Shown: piece after piece, positions 28,124 to 41,727 of the stretch
How positions within the stretch are numbered: the stretch's first letter is position 1
Layout of the letters: every line of letters begins with the position of its first letter
Source: Paramecium tetraurelia
Lineage: Eukaryota
Direction: 5' to 3'
DNA length: 64,000 bases
Assembly (NCBI GenBank): GCA_000165425.1
Contig: CT868163.1
Span: forward strand, 434,001 to 498,000
The notes under the pieces: model-generated
Databases searched by the model: none
What the model saw: the letters and a program-made list of their open reading frames with translations, nothing else
What the model was told of the DNA's origin: nothing
Position numbers and translations under genes: made by a program

Positions 28124-29536
28124 TCATTTTTTTCATCTTTTGGGTCCTATGGAATTTTAGCTGAAAAACTTATTAAATTTGATTACTTCATTAGTTTAGC
28201 TAAATTTAAAATCTCAGCCTAATCCTAATCACCATTCTCAGCTTTGAATTTATCTTCTATTTGAAATACTATTAAATTTAAATTACCTTCACTCATAGGT
28301 TCTATTTACAAATCCTATAATCTTTATTCAATTTTGACTTCCTAAGCAATCTGATTAACTTGATTCCATATTTGAGAGTCTTTTCCCAAGTCAATCAACC
28401 AATCTTATTTTTGCTAAATTGAATTATCAGTAATATAAACTTACCAGTAGGAAGATCTATTACGGACCCAAAATACTGCCTGGTCTACATATACGAATCC
28501 ATCCTATAAAGTCTTAAGCTGGAAATCTAGATATTATATGATGATTAACTTGTAATGCTTCATTGCATAAGCAGCTATCAGAGTACCTGTACGACCTAAT
28601 CCTGCTTTGCAATGAACTGCAACAGCTTTTTCTCTTTCAGCGATTTCTAAAAATCTTAGAATTTTATCATCTCCTGGCACAGATCCATCAAGAAAATATA
28701 TATCTTCATGCTTTATTCCATTTTTAATAAATCTCTATTCTTCATATTACTTTTTGTTTAATCTCACAACACAAGTCACTTCAAATTGTTTGAATATGGG
28801 AACATAATCTTCAGGAGTAAATGTTCGGTTCTAATTAACTAATAATGTTGGAGTACTCCATCTGCATCCTTTTAAGTTGCGGAAGGTCCTGAAAAGGCTA
28901 TTAATTTATTCGGAATGATCCAGTTCAGATCTCCATTGTCTACTCTTTCATAAAATTCATAATCTCTAAGATTGAACTTTCTAACATCAAACCACTTTAA
29001 TTTTATTGCATACTCGAGGCCTCTCAAACAATGAAGGATCTTTGCTAATATATTAATTCTACAGTGCATTTATAGTTGCATTGTCCATAAGTGGCATCTC
29101 TGAAATCCTAGAATTCTGGCTTTACATTTAAAAATGGCTTCCATGCGTCGTCAGCACTGTATTTCAGAATTATGATTTGGAACGCACCCATCAAATAAGC
29201 AGCATTTGCTCTTTTAGCACTATCCAGACTTGTATAGTGATAAATAGCATATTTTTGATATGTCTTATCGTTCAGCAATTTCTCCAGTTCTGTCACAAAT
29301 CGATAGGTGTGACCCAAATTTAGAGGGCCAAAATCAGCAAAAAATGGTTCATATACAAGATTCTAAGATAATAGTAAAATACTCTGTACCTAATCAATAC
29401 AAAAATAAAAAGCATTTGGCTGGTTACGAGGAGCCTATCGATCTGAGATCCAATATAGTTTATCTAGAATTCAAATAAGAAAATTACTTGTAATGATTTC
29501 CACTGAACCAGCAATAGGGATTTGATTAGACTACAT
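28124..29536 (-). CDS. CDC14: Cdc14 dual-specificity phosphatase
   Basis: [42 protein letters not shown], catalytic [15 protein letters not shown]. Confidence 0.96.
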
Positions 29537-29789
29537 AAAATATAATATTTTTATGATATTTTTATAATCTAAATTTTATAGCATAAAACTACGATATAAA
29601 TTATAAAATAATCATATACACCATTCTATAACTTATTACAATGGAGTAGCGACCAATCCATTCTGATTTTAATAACTCAATCATATATACAAATAAGGAG
29701 TCGATATAAATACAATTTATGGCCATTTTTTATTTACAAAATTATAAATTTTGTTAAATTATTATAATCATTTATTTGAGCGGAAAATA

Positions 29790-30919
29790 ATGAGCATTGA
29801 CGATATTTATTTAAAGAAACCCAAAACTAAATTTACTATTGAATCAGGAAGCAGTGATGATTTTACATTTACTTGTGCTTCCATGTAAGGATGGAGAAAA
29901 ACAATGGTAATCAAATTAATTAAACTTTCATTTAGGAGGATGCAATTATAAAAGAAAAACTGTCTACAGGAGAATATTTATTTGGAATATTGGATGGCCA
30001 TGGAGGATTTGAAGTTTCCTCTGTTGTATCCAAATATTTACCGCGCTTTTTGGAATCAAATATCAAATTTAGAAATAAACAATATGAAGAGAGTCTGAGA
30101 GAATCTTTTATTGCTATTGATAAATGGTTAATAACCTCAGAGGGACTTTAAGCTCTGGTAGAAGAAAAATATCAAATGCCTGTTGATGATTGTATAATGA
30201 CATAATATAAAAGTGATCAAAAACATTAAGAATTAAAAAAAACAATTGAATAAAGAGTTTTTCGATTTAAGTCAACTGGCTAAATTGGCATCCAAGAAAA
30301 TTGTAGAATTGATTGGAACCTCGATTATCGATGAAAGTGGGTCTACTGCCAATATTATATTAATAACTAAAGACTCAGTCTATTGCGCGAATATCGGCGA
30401 CTCAAGATCTGTTGGTATTCAAAAGGGAAAAGCCATTATAATGAGTTTCGATCACAAACCTACTCATGCGAAGGAGAGATCAAGAATTTGTTAAGCAGGC
30501 GGATTTGTAGCTGATGGAAGAGTCTGTGGAGCACTTTCACTCTCAAGAGCATTTGGAGATTATCAATATAAGGATGATATGGTGATAGCTATCCCTGAAA
30601 TTAGAGTTTTTAAAAATATTTAAATGATTTTTATGGCTTGTGATGGAATATGGGAAGGCTTAAATGATTATGGCGAAAATATCACTTAAAAGATATTTAA
30701 AAATAATAGAGAACCTTGTAATCATTATATTAAATATATTTAGCTGATGAAAAGTTAAAATCGTTAATGAATCAAATCTTAGCTCCTTCAATGACAGAAG
30801 AAACTATTTGGGGCTTAGATAATATGTCTTGCATTCTGATTGACTTTAAGAATCAATAAATTAAAAATAATAAAAAACCATTAAAAATTAAAAAAACGAT
30901 AAAAAAGTAGAAAAAATGA
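29790..30919 (+). CDS. PP2C/PPM family protein phosphatase
   Basis: SMQGWRKTMEDA, DGHGG, ANIGDSR, SFDHKP, LSLSRAFGD, ACDGIWE, DNMSCI. Confidence 0.95.
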
Positions 30920-31256
30920 GTTAGAATATATTTATTTCCTTTTTGACATATTCAAATTTTCCTTTAATTTTTACATTATAATGGATTTTGTTATAAATTG
31001 ATAAATTTACCACTTTCTAATATTATTTTGGTTTAGGTAGTTTTAGGTTATTTTTAGATTCGCATATGTTTTTCTACATATATTAAAGATATATTAATTT
31101 ACAACAAAGAACAATAAATTTTATTAAATATAATCTTAGAATTTCATTTATTCATTATAAATTACAACAAGCCATATTCTACATATAATTTATTTTCATA
31201 ATAATAATTCTATTAGAAAATAAAAATTTGCTTTTTAATTATATAAAATGATAAAA

Positions 31257-32739
31257 TCAAAAATATAAATTCTGCAATTAGTTTGTTAATATTGCTAATT
31301 CTCTATCATTGGGAAAGGCATTGTATTTATTAAATAGTTCTTGAATTTACTTTTTAATAATAATAGACTCATCATTATTATTGGCCTTCTTTAGTATATA
31401 TTAAACATAGCTTTTTTTAAATGATTCTATATCGATCTATTCCTATAACAATTGTCTGATGTAATCAATTGTAACATTGCTGAAAATTTATGGGTTAAAC
31501 TATGAATTTTCATCAATATCAGCATCATTTTCAAAATAGATTAGTTTCTTGAATTGTTCATAATTTATTTTAAAGTCCTAGCCATAATTTAATATTAGAT
31601 CTCTTGGTCCACCTTTGATTTGGATTCTTAATTTTCTAAAACCTGAAAGGAAGTCTTCCTCTGTTATGAATCCTTTATTTTCACAATCAAATACTTTGAA
31701 GATCCACTTACAGCAAAAGTCATGTCTCTGAATCAATTTTTACTGTGTTTTTTAAAGAAATTTACATTTAAGAAGCAATTGATACAATAATTAGTAAGCA
31801 AATTTATCGAAACTGGTTATTTCAATATTACATGTCGTCTTATTTGATTTAGGAGTGAATGTAAAATCTTATAATTTCTTTGTTAATTCATCTACAAATT
31901 TGCTACTGGTATTACTATGGGTTTAATCACTATTTAGTAGTTTGAGTTAAGCTTGTTTATATTTAACAGTGGATCTCTATTCAGGAGATTGAAATGAATC
32001 TTCATTTTAATACGTGAATTATTAAAATGCATTTTTCTTGAATGGTGATTAGGCTTTTTCCTGTTTAATATTTTCATGTTCCAACTGTGGTATGACAAAG
32101 ATATCCATTAAGTTAATTTAATCGATTGTCTCATTATGATTGCCCATCATATAAAAATAATTTGCATCTTCTTGAGTCAAATTAAAGTATTTTAAAAATT
32201 CATTTATGTGAATGATTCCATTATTATTCTAATCTAATTATGAAAAGAGTTTAAAGTAATTAAAATTTTCTTTTTCTAAACTCTTTTTTATTTCCAATTA
32301 TTCTCTTAAATAAATTAATAATTCTCCAAAGTAGTAAGTAAGCCCAGTTTCTATAATTTCAGGCAGACACATTGATTTTTCAATAAAGTAAGGCTCTCTG
32401 ATTGCAGCTACAAATCTTTTTTCACGATTAGTTTTTGATAGTATTTAAATAGCAAGACTAGATTATAATAATGGTCTGATACTCATCAAAAGTAACTCTG
32501 CCATCTTTGTTGACATCCAAATATTTAAGGCATAGGAAAGCGTCATAATGCTGGCAAGAAATATCGTTATCTTAGCAAAACTGAAGGATATCGTATGAAG
32601 TAATATGTCCTTAATTATTTGAGTCCAATCTGTGCATGATGGGTTTGAGAGAAAATAGGGACTATTAATTTAATTCAATTCTTATGTTTTCCAATGATTT
32701 TTCACATTCAATTATTGATGAAATTAATTGTTTAATCAT
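31257..32739 (-). CDS. Multi-EF-hand protein
   Basis: LDSNNQGHITSYDI, LDVNKDGRVTFDD, LDQNNNGIIHINEF, FDCENKGFITEEDF. Confidence 0.82.
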
Positions 32740-32771
32740 TAACAGATAAATAATAATATTAATACATAATG

Positions 32772-33919
32772 TCAATTTTTAACTATATAAAATTGAATAA
32801 GATAACTTAAAGCGATTCCTCCTAAATTGAGTATGATGTCTTATCTTTCGTTGAAGAAGTTGAATACTTTTTTCGGGATAGATTTTTCTAGTTGAGCCAA
32901 GGAATTGTAATAGGGTAATTGGGATTTGAAGTTTTGCTAATACACAATAGAGCTAATATTAAGTTAAATGTTAAACTTTTAAGAGAATTAAATATGTTCT
33001 TGATCGCAAATGAGTTCAAATCCATATTGGCTTTCTAGAGCCTTGGTTAATTACAGGACTTATTCTATTTTAAGGTCTGAGATTCTATCTTTGTTATTCA
33101 GATTCTAAAACAACTCCTAGAATTCCCCAATAAGGTCGTCTTCATTTCTCAAATCCAGGACTTCGTGATGGATGACAATGAAGGCAGCACAAACATACAA
33201 GACAGTATTCTGTTTGGAACACAAGAGGAAATCCCAAATTCTGCAGATATCGTTGATATTGTCTAGGGAGTGAGAGAACCATGTTAGAATCCATGGAATA
33301 ACACAGGTGGGGTGTTCAATGCACAACATCAATTGTCTGAGTTTAAGGTTAGAGGTGTCTCTGGAGTATCGCAACAGGAGATTCCTAATGAATTGATATT
33401 GTGGAGTGATTGTAGTAGATAATTCTTGAGCTAAGTAGTCTTTGAAGAAGTTTTGGGCAGCATAAGTAGCTGCGATATAACCTTGTTCCACGCCGAGGAC
33501 GAGTATTAAAATTGAGGCCACATCGTGATAGCCTTAATAATAGGAGTAATTGGGATTTTGGCTGAAAATAGTGTCCAAGACGTCCATTAAGCATCTTCTT
33601 AATTGATCTCTAGACTTTAAAAATCGCTTATACATTTCTTTAAAGTTTTTGACTTGCTGTATGGTATTCAATGATCGATTGACGTCCTTCAACAGCTAAT
33701 CATGTTGGAGACACTTCTCTGCTTCCTAGTATGGTAATTGTTGATCTACTCCCAATAATTTGGACCAGATTTATCTTCTAAAATATCTATTGGAGTAGCA
33801 TTGAGGCAAACATACATATTGTGAAATCCGTTGGTTCGGCCATATTTCCGAATTTTCTCATAGCCGACATCATGGGGAATGTTGTGAAGGAGAGATCGCA
33901 GATTTTAAGAATTATCCAT
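32772..33919 (-). CDS. TBC-domain RabGAP, TBC1D20/Gyp8-like, with C-terminal hydrophobic anchor
   Basis: RRQIWSKLLGV, KDVNRSL (R finger), YYQGYHDVAS (Q finger), PWILTWFSH, RIWDFLL; tail IILNLGGIALSYLIQFYIV. Confidence 0.9.
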
Positions 33920-34083
33920 ATAAAAAATAATATTTCAAAAATAGAGTTGTTGTGGTAATTTTAGTTGGAAGACTCAATAGATCGATCAATAGTCTACGAA
34001 TTAGCTCATGAATTAGAAATAAAAGTTAAAGATTTACATTGTCTCAATTAAAAATTTATTATTTATTGTAAGTAGAGATTTGA

Positions 34084-37000
34084 ATGATAAATCAATAGTT
34101 GTTGCAAACTACAAAGTGGGTACAGGATAGGGATGCGAAAGCGTGTAAGAAATGCTAAAATCCGTTTAAGGCCATATTCCGAAGAAAACATCATTGCAGA
34201 AATTGTGGGTAGTTGTTTTGTGATAGGTATTGATTTGTATATAGAACTTCAGTTGTTCAAATTACTTTATGGATAAAACTAACTTCAAGAACTATCAGGA
34301 GATCAAAAAAAATAAAGTATGATTCGTTTTGATCAATAATAAGGTGCGATTGTGTTAGGATTGCTACATTGACATCAATAGAAAGTTGAGAGCAAGTGGA
34401 GAAGTGGTTGAAGATAAGAATTCCCTCACCGTTCTTAATTCCTAATAATTGAGAAGACATTCCAAATCATTTAATGTGACAGACGAGAAATTGCCAGAAT
34501 CTGCAAAACAAGTATATATTGTGTTTCGATTTATCAAGACCTCCCCTCCTCCCCCTTTGCAGTTAGTACCTCAGATTGCAATTGACCCACAGCCACGCTC
34601 ACAGAATTGCAAACTTCAAATTCCCGATACAATAACTATGGGTGATGACATCGAACAAAAGTAAAAGAAATTTGAAGAGAGGATGATTTCCAAAGTAGAA
34701 GAATTCGTGGAAAGAAGAACTTTGGCCTATGGAATCAAAGAAAAGTGGCAAGGAATGATGCTCCAATTTATACTTAATGCGATTGAATACTTAAAATAAG
34801 CAGAAATTTTACCCTTAAAAAATAAAATACTATTGATTAGAATCAAAATAATCCCCTTTATTCATTATGCGTCTACTCGATATTTACGAGGAGTCACCAT
34901 CACCAAGAATATCGCTCATAAACGTATGAAAACTCATCACAAATCCCCTTCTTTTTTGTTACTAACTGGGTCGCTTGATTTGGACATTCAAAATTTCGAT
35001 AATGTAGTTAAGAATCATAATAAATATCTACAACAAGCTTTGGAGTAAATAGACATGCTTAACCCAAATATCATTTTGATTGAGAAGGGCATCAACAACA
35101 TTTTGTTAAATGAATTCTTGAAAAGGGATATCACTGTATCTATTCAATGTAGTACAAAACAACTCTAAAAAGTTGAAGTCGCAGTTAAAGCCAGAATCTA
35201 GAGGGCTGCAGATGTGTTCAATAAGTGTTGTGATAAGGATTGCTTGGGCAAGTCCGACACAGCATTCTATGAAAGTTGTGATCCAGACTCTATTAAACAA
35301 AACTAAACCCTATATAGCAGATTGGATGAAAAAGACAAGGCTTTACTCGAAGCACATCTTGGAAAGAAAAACAAAGACAAAACATTGTTATTCATTCATA
35401 CACCTTAATATGCAACCTCTTTTTAAATTACGTTAAGTGGACCCAAGATAACTGAATTGATTGATGTGAAAAAATGTTTTCAAGAACTTTGCTGCATTTG
35501 CTATTCGATGTCTTTGGAATTATCAATGATTTTGTTGGATTAAAAATTAAAATAAGACTTGGAATAAAATTACAAGTAGATTGATAATCAAAAGTCTCCC
35601 ATGATGAATTCTGGAGAAATATCAGATTTTTCAATCTAATCTATGACAGAACATGAAAATTAAGGATTTAAGGTTTGCAAAGTAAGGTTTCATCCAGCTG
35701 TCATCAGCACCATCCATGACATTCAAAAACGAAATAAGTAAATATTAATACCATTAAAATTAGTGACCAGAGTTTGGAAAACTACATTAGGTAGAATATT
35801 AAAAATATTAATAATAAGAAAATTTCATATTTTAGTTAATTTTGTAACTTTACTAAAGAAGTTGTCAAATTTTACGAAAATGAAGATTTCGGTTTGGGTC
35901 ATTATATCAGTAGCAAGGCTATAGATACGACTACCAAATATTGTTCAATTAAATAAATACATCATGTTTCAATCAGATATGGGCCAGGAGCATTCGTTAG
36001 ATGTGTGGTAGAAAGGAAAAAACAATAAAACTTGTAGGTTAAGGCTAGTGTCAATTTATCCAAAGAAATCATTAAGAAGGAATAAAGTTTCCTATAAATG
36101 CAATATGATGAAACCTCAACTTAATGCGAAGCCGTCTAAGGAGACTTGGATTATAAAGTTCATCAATAGTTGAATACGAACATTATTACTTACATCAAAT
36201 GTCTTAATGCTAATTGTGATAGATAGTTAACTAAATCTTTTAAATTGGAAAGAAGTCACTTAGAATTCTCATTCTAAAAACTAATACAATATCTCATCAT
36301 GAGTGCTCTAAAATGGAAGAAATTAAATAAGACAAACTGGCTTGTGTTTGAGGGAGAACTTAATGAATAAGGAGATCAATTTGATGGTTGCAATCACAAT
36401 TAAACTGAAAGGGTGTTTGAATGTAATGATTTCTAAGTCAAATTGTTTACTAATTTATTTGATATTTATAGGATCAAGCATTTTCAGTTCAATTGTTAAG
36501 AAGTTAAATAACATATTGAAAAATGTGATTAAGAAGAAATAGATAAAAGAAGGGATACTTTAATCTCTCATTTACAAAAATTATAATAGCAAATATTAAA
36601 GAACGATAAAAGTGTAAGGAGTAGTTATATGACAAATTCCACTTTGAGTTTTGATAAAGATCCTAATCCATTCATTCAAGCCCCTGAAAATTCTATAACT
36701 TTGATTGGGAATTTTATGGAAAAATTGACATAATCACCCTTTCCAGATTTCCTTGCATTGGAGCAAGAGAGCATGTAACTCTACTCGCGTATCTATTCAA
36801 TAGAAATAACTGACCAATTAAGGATTTCCAGAATTAAAAATGATAACATAATTTCAAAATAAAAAACATCCTAATTCTCATTTGTAACAAATGAAAGTGG
36901 ACCCGTAATTAAGAATCTATCTAAAAAAATCTTAAAAGAAACTACAACTACTTTGTCATCTATTAATGAGAATTCCTTTCCAATTTAGCTATTGCCTACC

Positions 37001-38328
37001 TAATAATATACACAGTCACCTGAATCTCCTAGCTAAGAGAACTTCAATTAATTTGAAGATTAATCGGAAATAGGATTTGACAAACAATACGATAATGATT
37101 AAAATTAGTAAAATTCTATCAAATCATTTTTGTTAAACTGGCCTAAACCAGCTATCAATTTTGATTAAAGTAATATGCAAATAAAATCTTTTTTTGATTA
37201 CATTCCAATTTATAATCAAAATGATATCGGATTAGTTGCATCAGCTCTGAATCATCCAAAATACTATGATTTATATGAAAATAAGTATAGATTCACTGAA
37301 TTTTGGGAAAAGATACAAGATTAATCTCTCTAAAAGGAAGTTGAAATTGAGGCTGCTAAAATCCTAAAGGATTAGTTAAAAAATGCAGTTATCGAAGAAT
37401 TCCAAATTAAATTATCTAAATTTACTGCACTGATGAAGAAAACCAGCTTAAATAATTTATAGGAAGTGGATGAAGATGAATAAGCTGTAATTTAAAATAC
37501 AGCAGAATCTCCTAGAAGACCGTCTAAGTCTGTTACAATCCAATTATATTATCCAAAATAATTTGAATGCTTTAGAATGTTAAATGGAATTAATATCAAA
37601 CAGTTTATAAAGTCAATTGCAAGTTGTTCTAATTGGAATTCTGCAGGAGGAAAGAGTGGTTCGACTTTCTATAAATCAGCTGATAATTTATTTATCTTCA
37701 AAGCAGTTAAGGAATCTGAATTTAGCATGTTTGAATCCTTTGCTCCAAAATACTTTGAGCATCTTTATTCTAACATCTTTAATCAAAGGCCTTCAGTGTT
37801 AAATAAAATCTATGGAATGTTCACTATTAAGAATTCAAGAGGAACGTCCTACCTTATTGCAATGGAAAATCTATTTTGGGGTATGGAGGGCGAATTGACT
37901 GTTTACGATCTCAAAGGTAGTAAGGCTAAAAGATGGAATCGTAAAAATCTGAAAACTCTCCTCGATACCAATTACATTATAGATCGAAATGGTGAACCGT
38001 TGCCTATTTAGGAACAAGATTTCAACTTCTTAGAAATAGCACTAGAAGCCGATTCTGAGTTTTTACTTGAAGTTGAAGTTGTTGATTACTCGTTGTTGTT
38101 AATAATAGATAATTAAAATCATTAGATTAAATTGTCAATCATAGATTATTTGTAATGCTATGATTTTATGAAAAAAATGGAAACTAAGTATGATTTAAAC
38201 ATTAATTTAGATTAAAAACTGCTATTAATTTCGGAGCTGCTCCAACCATTATCAAACCAGCAGTATACAAGGAAAGATTTATTGACGCAATGAAAAAATA
38301 CTTTATGGGAATATACTCAACACTATGA
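34084..38328 (+). CDS. FAB1: Fab1/PIKfyve phosphatidylinositol-3-phosphate 5-kinase
   Basis: FYVE (WVQD..CKKC..RRKHHCRNCGQLFC), CCT-like domain (GVTITKNIAHKRM), PIP-kinase motifs GGKSGSTF, YDLKGS, DYSLL, IIDY, PTII.P..YKERF. Confidence 0.94.
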
Positions 38329-38397
38329 TATATTTATTAAAACAGTAATATTGATGAATAATAAAAAATTTAAAATTGTATTTTAGTTATAAAATAA

Positions 38398-41300
38398 TCA
38401 AACCTATCTTTTAGTAAGCTATCTCCTACAAATTTATAGAAAAATAATACATAAAATACTTTTACGGTTTATTAGTAGGTTTTGGATAATATAAAACCTA
38501 TTTTTACTACTATTTGGCTAATTCAGCCTTTTTCCTTAACTCCTTTCCTCTAAAGATTGCAGTATAGAGGAAAGAATAAAGAGATTAGATGGGGAAATGC
38601 TCTACTTGTTTTTGATATTTTTCAATTAGTTTTAACACTGTAGAGATGTTATGCTGTGGGAAATACTTTCTAAACGTCATAATCTTATCAAAGTCTCCGA
38701 CGGATGGAAACGTAATGATAGGCTATTTAAATTTTAGATCATTTACAAATTCAATGGTTAAATATTAATTCTCTTATAAAGCTGCTAAGACATTATCAAA
38801 AACTATGGCTGTATTGTTTGTTTTGGTAGTTCCCCTTTTGATTGAGGTTCTGGGTCTAATATTAGCCGCAGATCCAGCTGTTTGTTATTAGGTTGATGAT
38901 GCATTGAAGGTGACTTTCTAAGCCATTTATTGCTGATTTTTTGGATTTGGATTTGTCCCTGAATTTTATGGACTTTGTGATCCTTTGGAAACTGATTTCC
39001 CAATTTATTATTAATGTTGACTACTAGATTCTTCTTCATATTCTTCTTCGTCTTCCTCTGATTCCTCTGAATTTTCAATGTTCTGATCAGCATTGGATGG
39101 TTTATTAAATTTATTACCGAATCCAGCAGTTTCTATAGTGTTTTTAGGATCATTTTTTCGATTGAATTCTTTTCTATTGTTCATTTAATTATCAAAATTA
39201 TTATCGGCTTCTTAGTTTTTCTCCTGTTCTTAATCTTCAATTATTTCAACCTCAACTTCATCTTCATCCACTTACGGAAGATGATTTCCTTATTGAATAA
39301 CCATTTACTAAGCCATATGAGATTGACCAATTTTGTAATTAGAGGATTGTTATTGCATTGATAAGATTGAATGTGTGTTAACCCTAGAGACAGATCGCGT
39401 TCTCATCTATGAGTAGGCTAGATTTAAGATTGAACCATACATCTACTATCTGAGTCTGATACATCATCTTATATTAGGACATGTGTTGCTTAGGTACCTT
39501 CTTAGGTTTCATCTTAATACTATTGCATTTAATATTCTTTTGCTATTTATTCTATTATTTGTTATTGCAACAAAGCATTGATAAATTTGGACTTTCTTGG
39601 TCTAAATAACATATAAATAGATGTGTACTAATAAGGATCATCTCGTTCTTATTAATGAGGATACAGGGATTGTTTGATGACTCTATCCTAATTTGGATTG
39701 AAATGCAAGAATGGACAATAATTGACCATGTGAGTATTGCCTTTACAACCATAGCACTTGATTTGTAAATCGGACAGATCCTGATTGATTATCACTTTAT
39801 CTTTGATCATGTAAAAGATTTCTCGTTCATCAGGAAATTGGTCTAAGAGATTTACAAAATTATCTCTAGTAATCTTAAACAGTTTCCCAAATCCCTTGGA
39901 GACAACAGTTGCTGTTCTAGGTTAATTTGTAATGAAACTATAAAAACCAAAGTATTCTCCTTTCTCTAAATCAAAAAAACTCAACAAATACTTCTAAGAC
40001 TTTGATATTATTTCTCTTGAATTTAACATTCATCTTATTTTTGGCTTCAAATACTACCTCCATTTCTCCCTTGTTTATAATATAGATGGAACAATCATCG
40101 ATATTATTCATCTCCACTACTCTCTCTTCAGGTATTGTATTTATCTCTTGCATGAATGGAACCAAAGCTTGTTGAAATTTGAGTGAAAAATTCTTCTTAA
40201 TAAAATCACATGATTCTAAAATAGATGCTCTTAATTGATATTTCAATTCAGCCTATAACCTTTCTGACAATTTGTTAATGATGCTCGACACATTTTCATC
40301 AATCATCGATTATTCTGCCTATTTTTGTAATATTTAATTTACTTTGCAAATGTAATCCAAATAATTCCTTATTCGAACTTACAAATTAAAATCGATATTA
40401 TTCATTGACATAAAACTATTCATTAAATTCATTGATTCTGAATAAATTTTGTTTCTTTGAGATTTGTGGAAGAAGAAACCCAAAGCTACAATTATGATAC
40501 CCACGACGAATAATGATAAAAATGAAATTGCCGCTGCAAAATATTTCTCATCACTATTCGCTATCATTATATCTGTGGACCCAACATTAGTAAGGTAAAC
40601 TGCTGCCCAATGCAACGATTCTGCATATCTTGCACTATCATTGGCTCCTCTCAATTAATTTACATCCAACCACGTTTACTTATATGTAGGTTATCCTAAT
40701 CCGTGCCATAAACAGGCAGTCAAATGAATGAAATATAACAAGCCACATACTATTTGAGTCATCTATAAGCAATCCTTCAATGCACCCTTTATGTTAAAGT
40801 ATTCTTAAATCTAATTAAAGATCTATTTCATCTTTATAGTTTTGATCAATCCATATATCAAACACAAAGTGATTTACAAAGCTATAAACTAATTTTCATA
40901 ATAATGAACTAGGATTAATTCATAAAGCAATGCAAAAATACTTATCATATCTGGTAATGCCGTTGTTTTTAGATAATTCATTATGATATGATATCTTTAA
41001 CTAAACATATTTCATGGGTATTATTACTTTATAATAATTCCTTTATGGATGTAGGCCTCATTCAAGCAAATAATAATATCAAATGCACTTATCACAAAAA
41101 AAGCAATTTCGATCTACATTGTTTTTTCATCATCATAAAATTAAGAAATGTAATTTGTTTCAAATGCTAATTTATAGGGTAGCCATAAAAATATTAAAAA
41201 GAATGTAGATACTTGAATTGAATTCCACAATATTTTAAAATTACTTTATGGGTAGATGACAGATATTTTATCTAAATAACTTGAAAAGAAACTGTAAAAG

Positions 41301-41727
41301 ACATTGTCAATATCATCTATTTATTTATCAGTTCCGAATTACAGATCATCAAGTACCTAAACTTGATACGTACTTAATGTGCCTATTTTTTTAATATATG
41401 AATTGTCTATGATATTTTTTATAAAAGACTCTTCGTAAAGTTTTTGCAAACTTTATTTAAAGACTCGCTTCTCTTTTTATAGATAATCATCATCAAAAAC
41501 CCTACTATGTCCTCTATGCTTTTTTTTATATCTACTCGTGCCTCCCCCGAACCTCCTTATATCATTCACACTATTTCGATCACTATTATTGTCCCTTTTT
41601 TATTAAAATCTAATTTTTACAAAAAGTTGTCCATATTTTCTTATCTCGGACTGTTATATTTTGAGGAAGAAATATAAGAGGATTTCTCAAAAATCATTGA
41701 GGGCTATTTCAAAAACTATTAATTCAT
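38398..41727 (-). CDS. Six-TM CNBD-family (EAG/KCNH-like) cation channel with degenerate pore filter and CCHC knuckle; start may instead be ATG 41697 or 41634
   Basis: IYPQSNFKILWN..FLWLPYKLAF (S1), FIHLTACLWHGL (S5), pore LHWAAVYLTNVGSTD, C-linker VRIRNYLDY, CNBD IYIINKGEMEV...PRTATV, tail FDKIMTFRKYFPQHNI. Confidence 0.85.
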
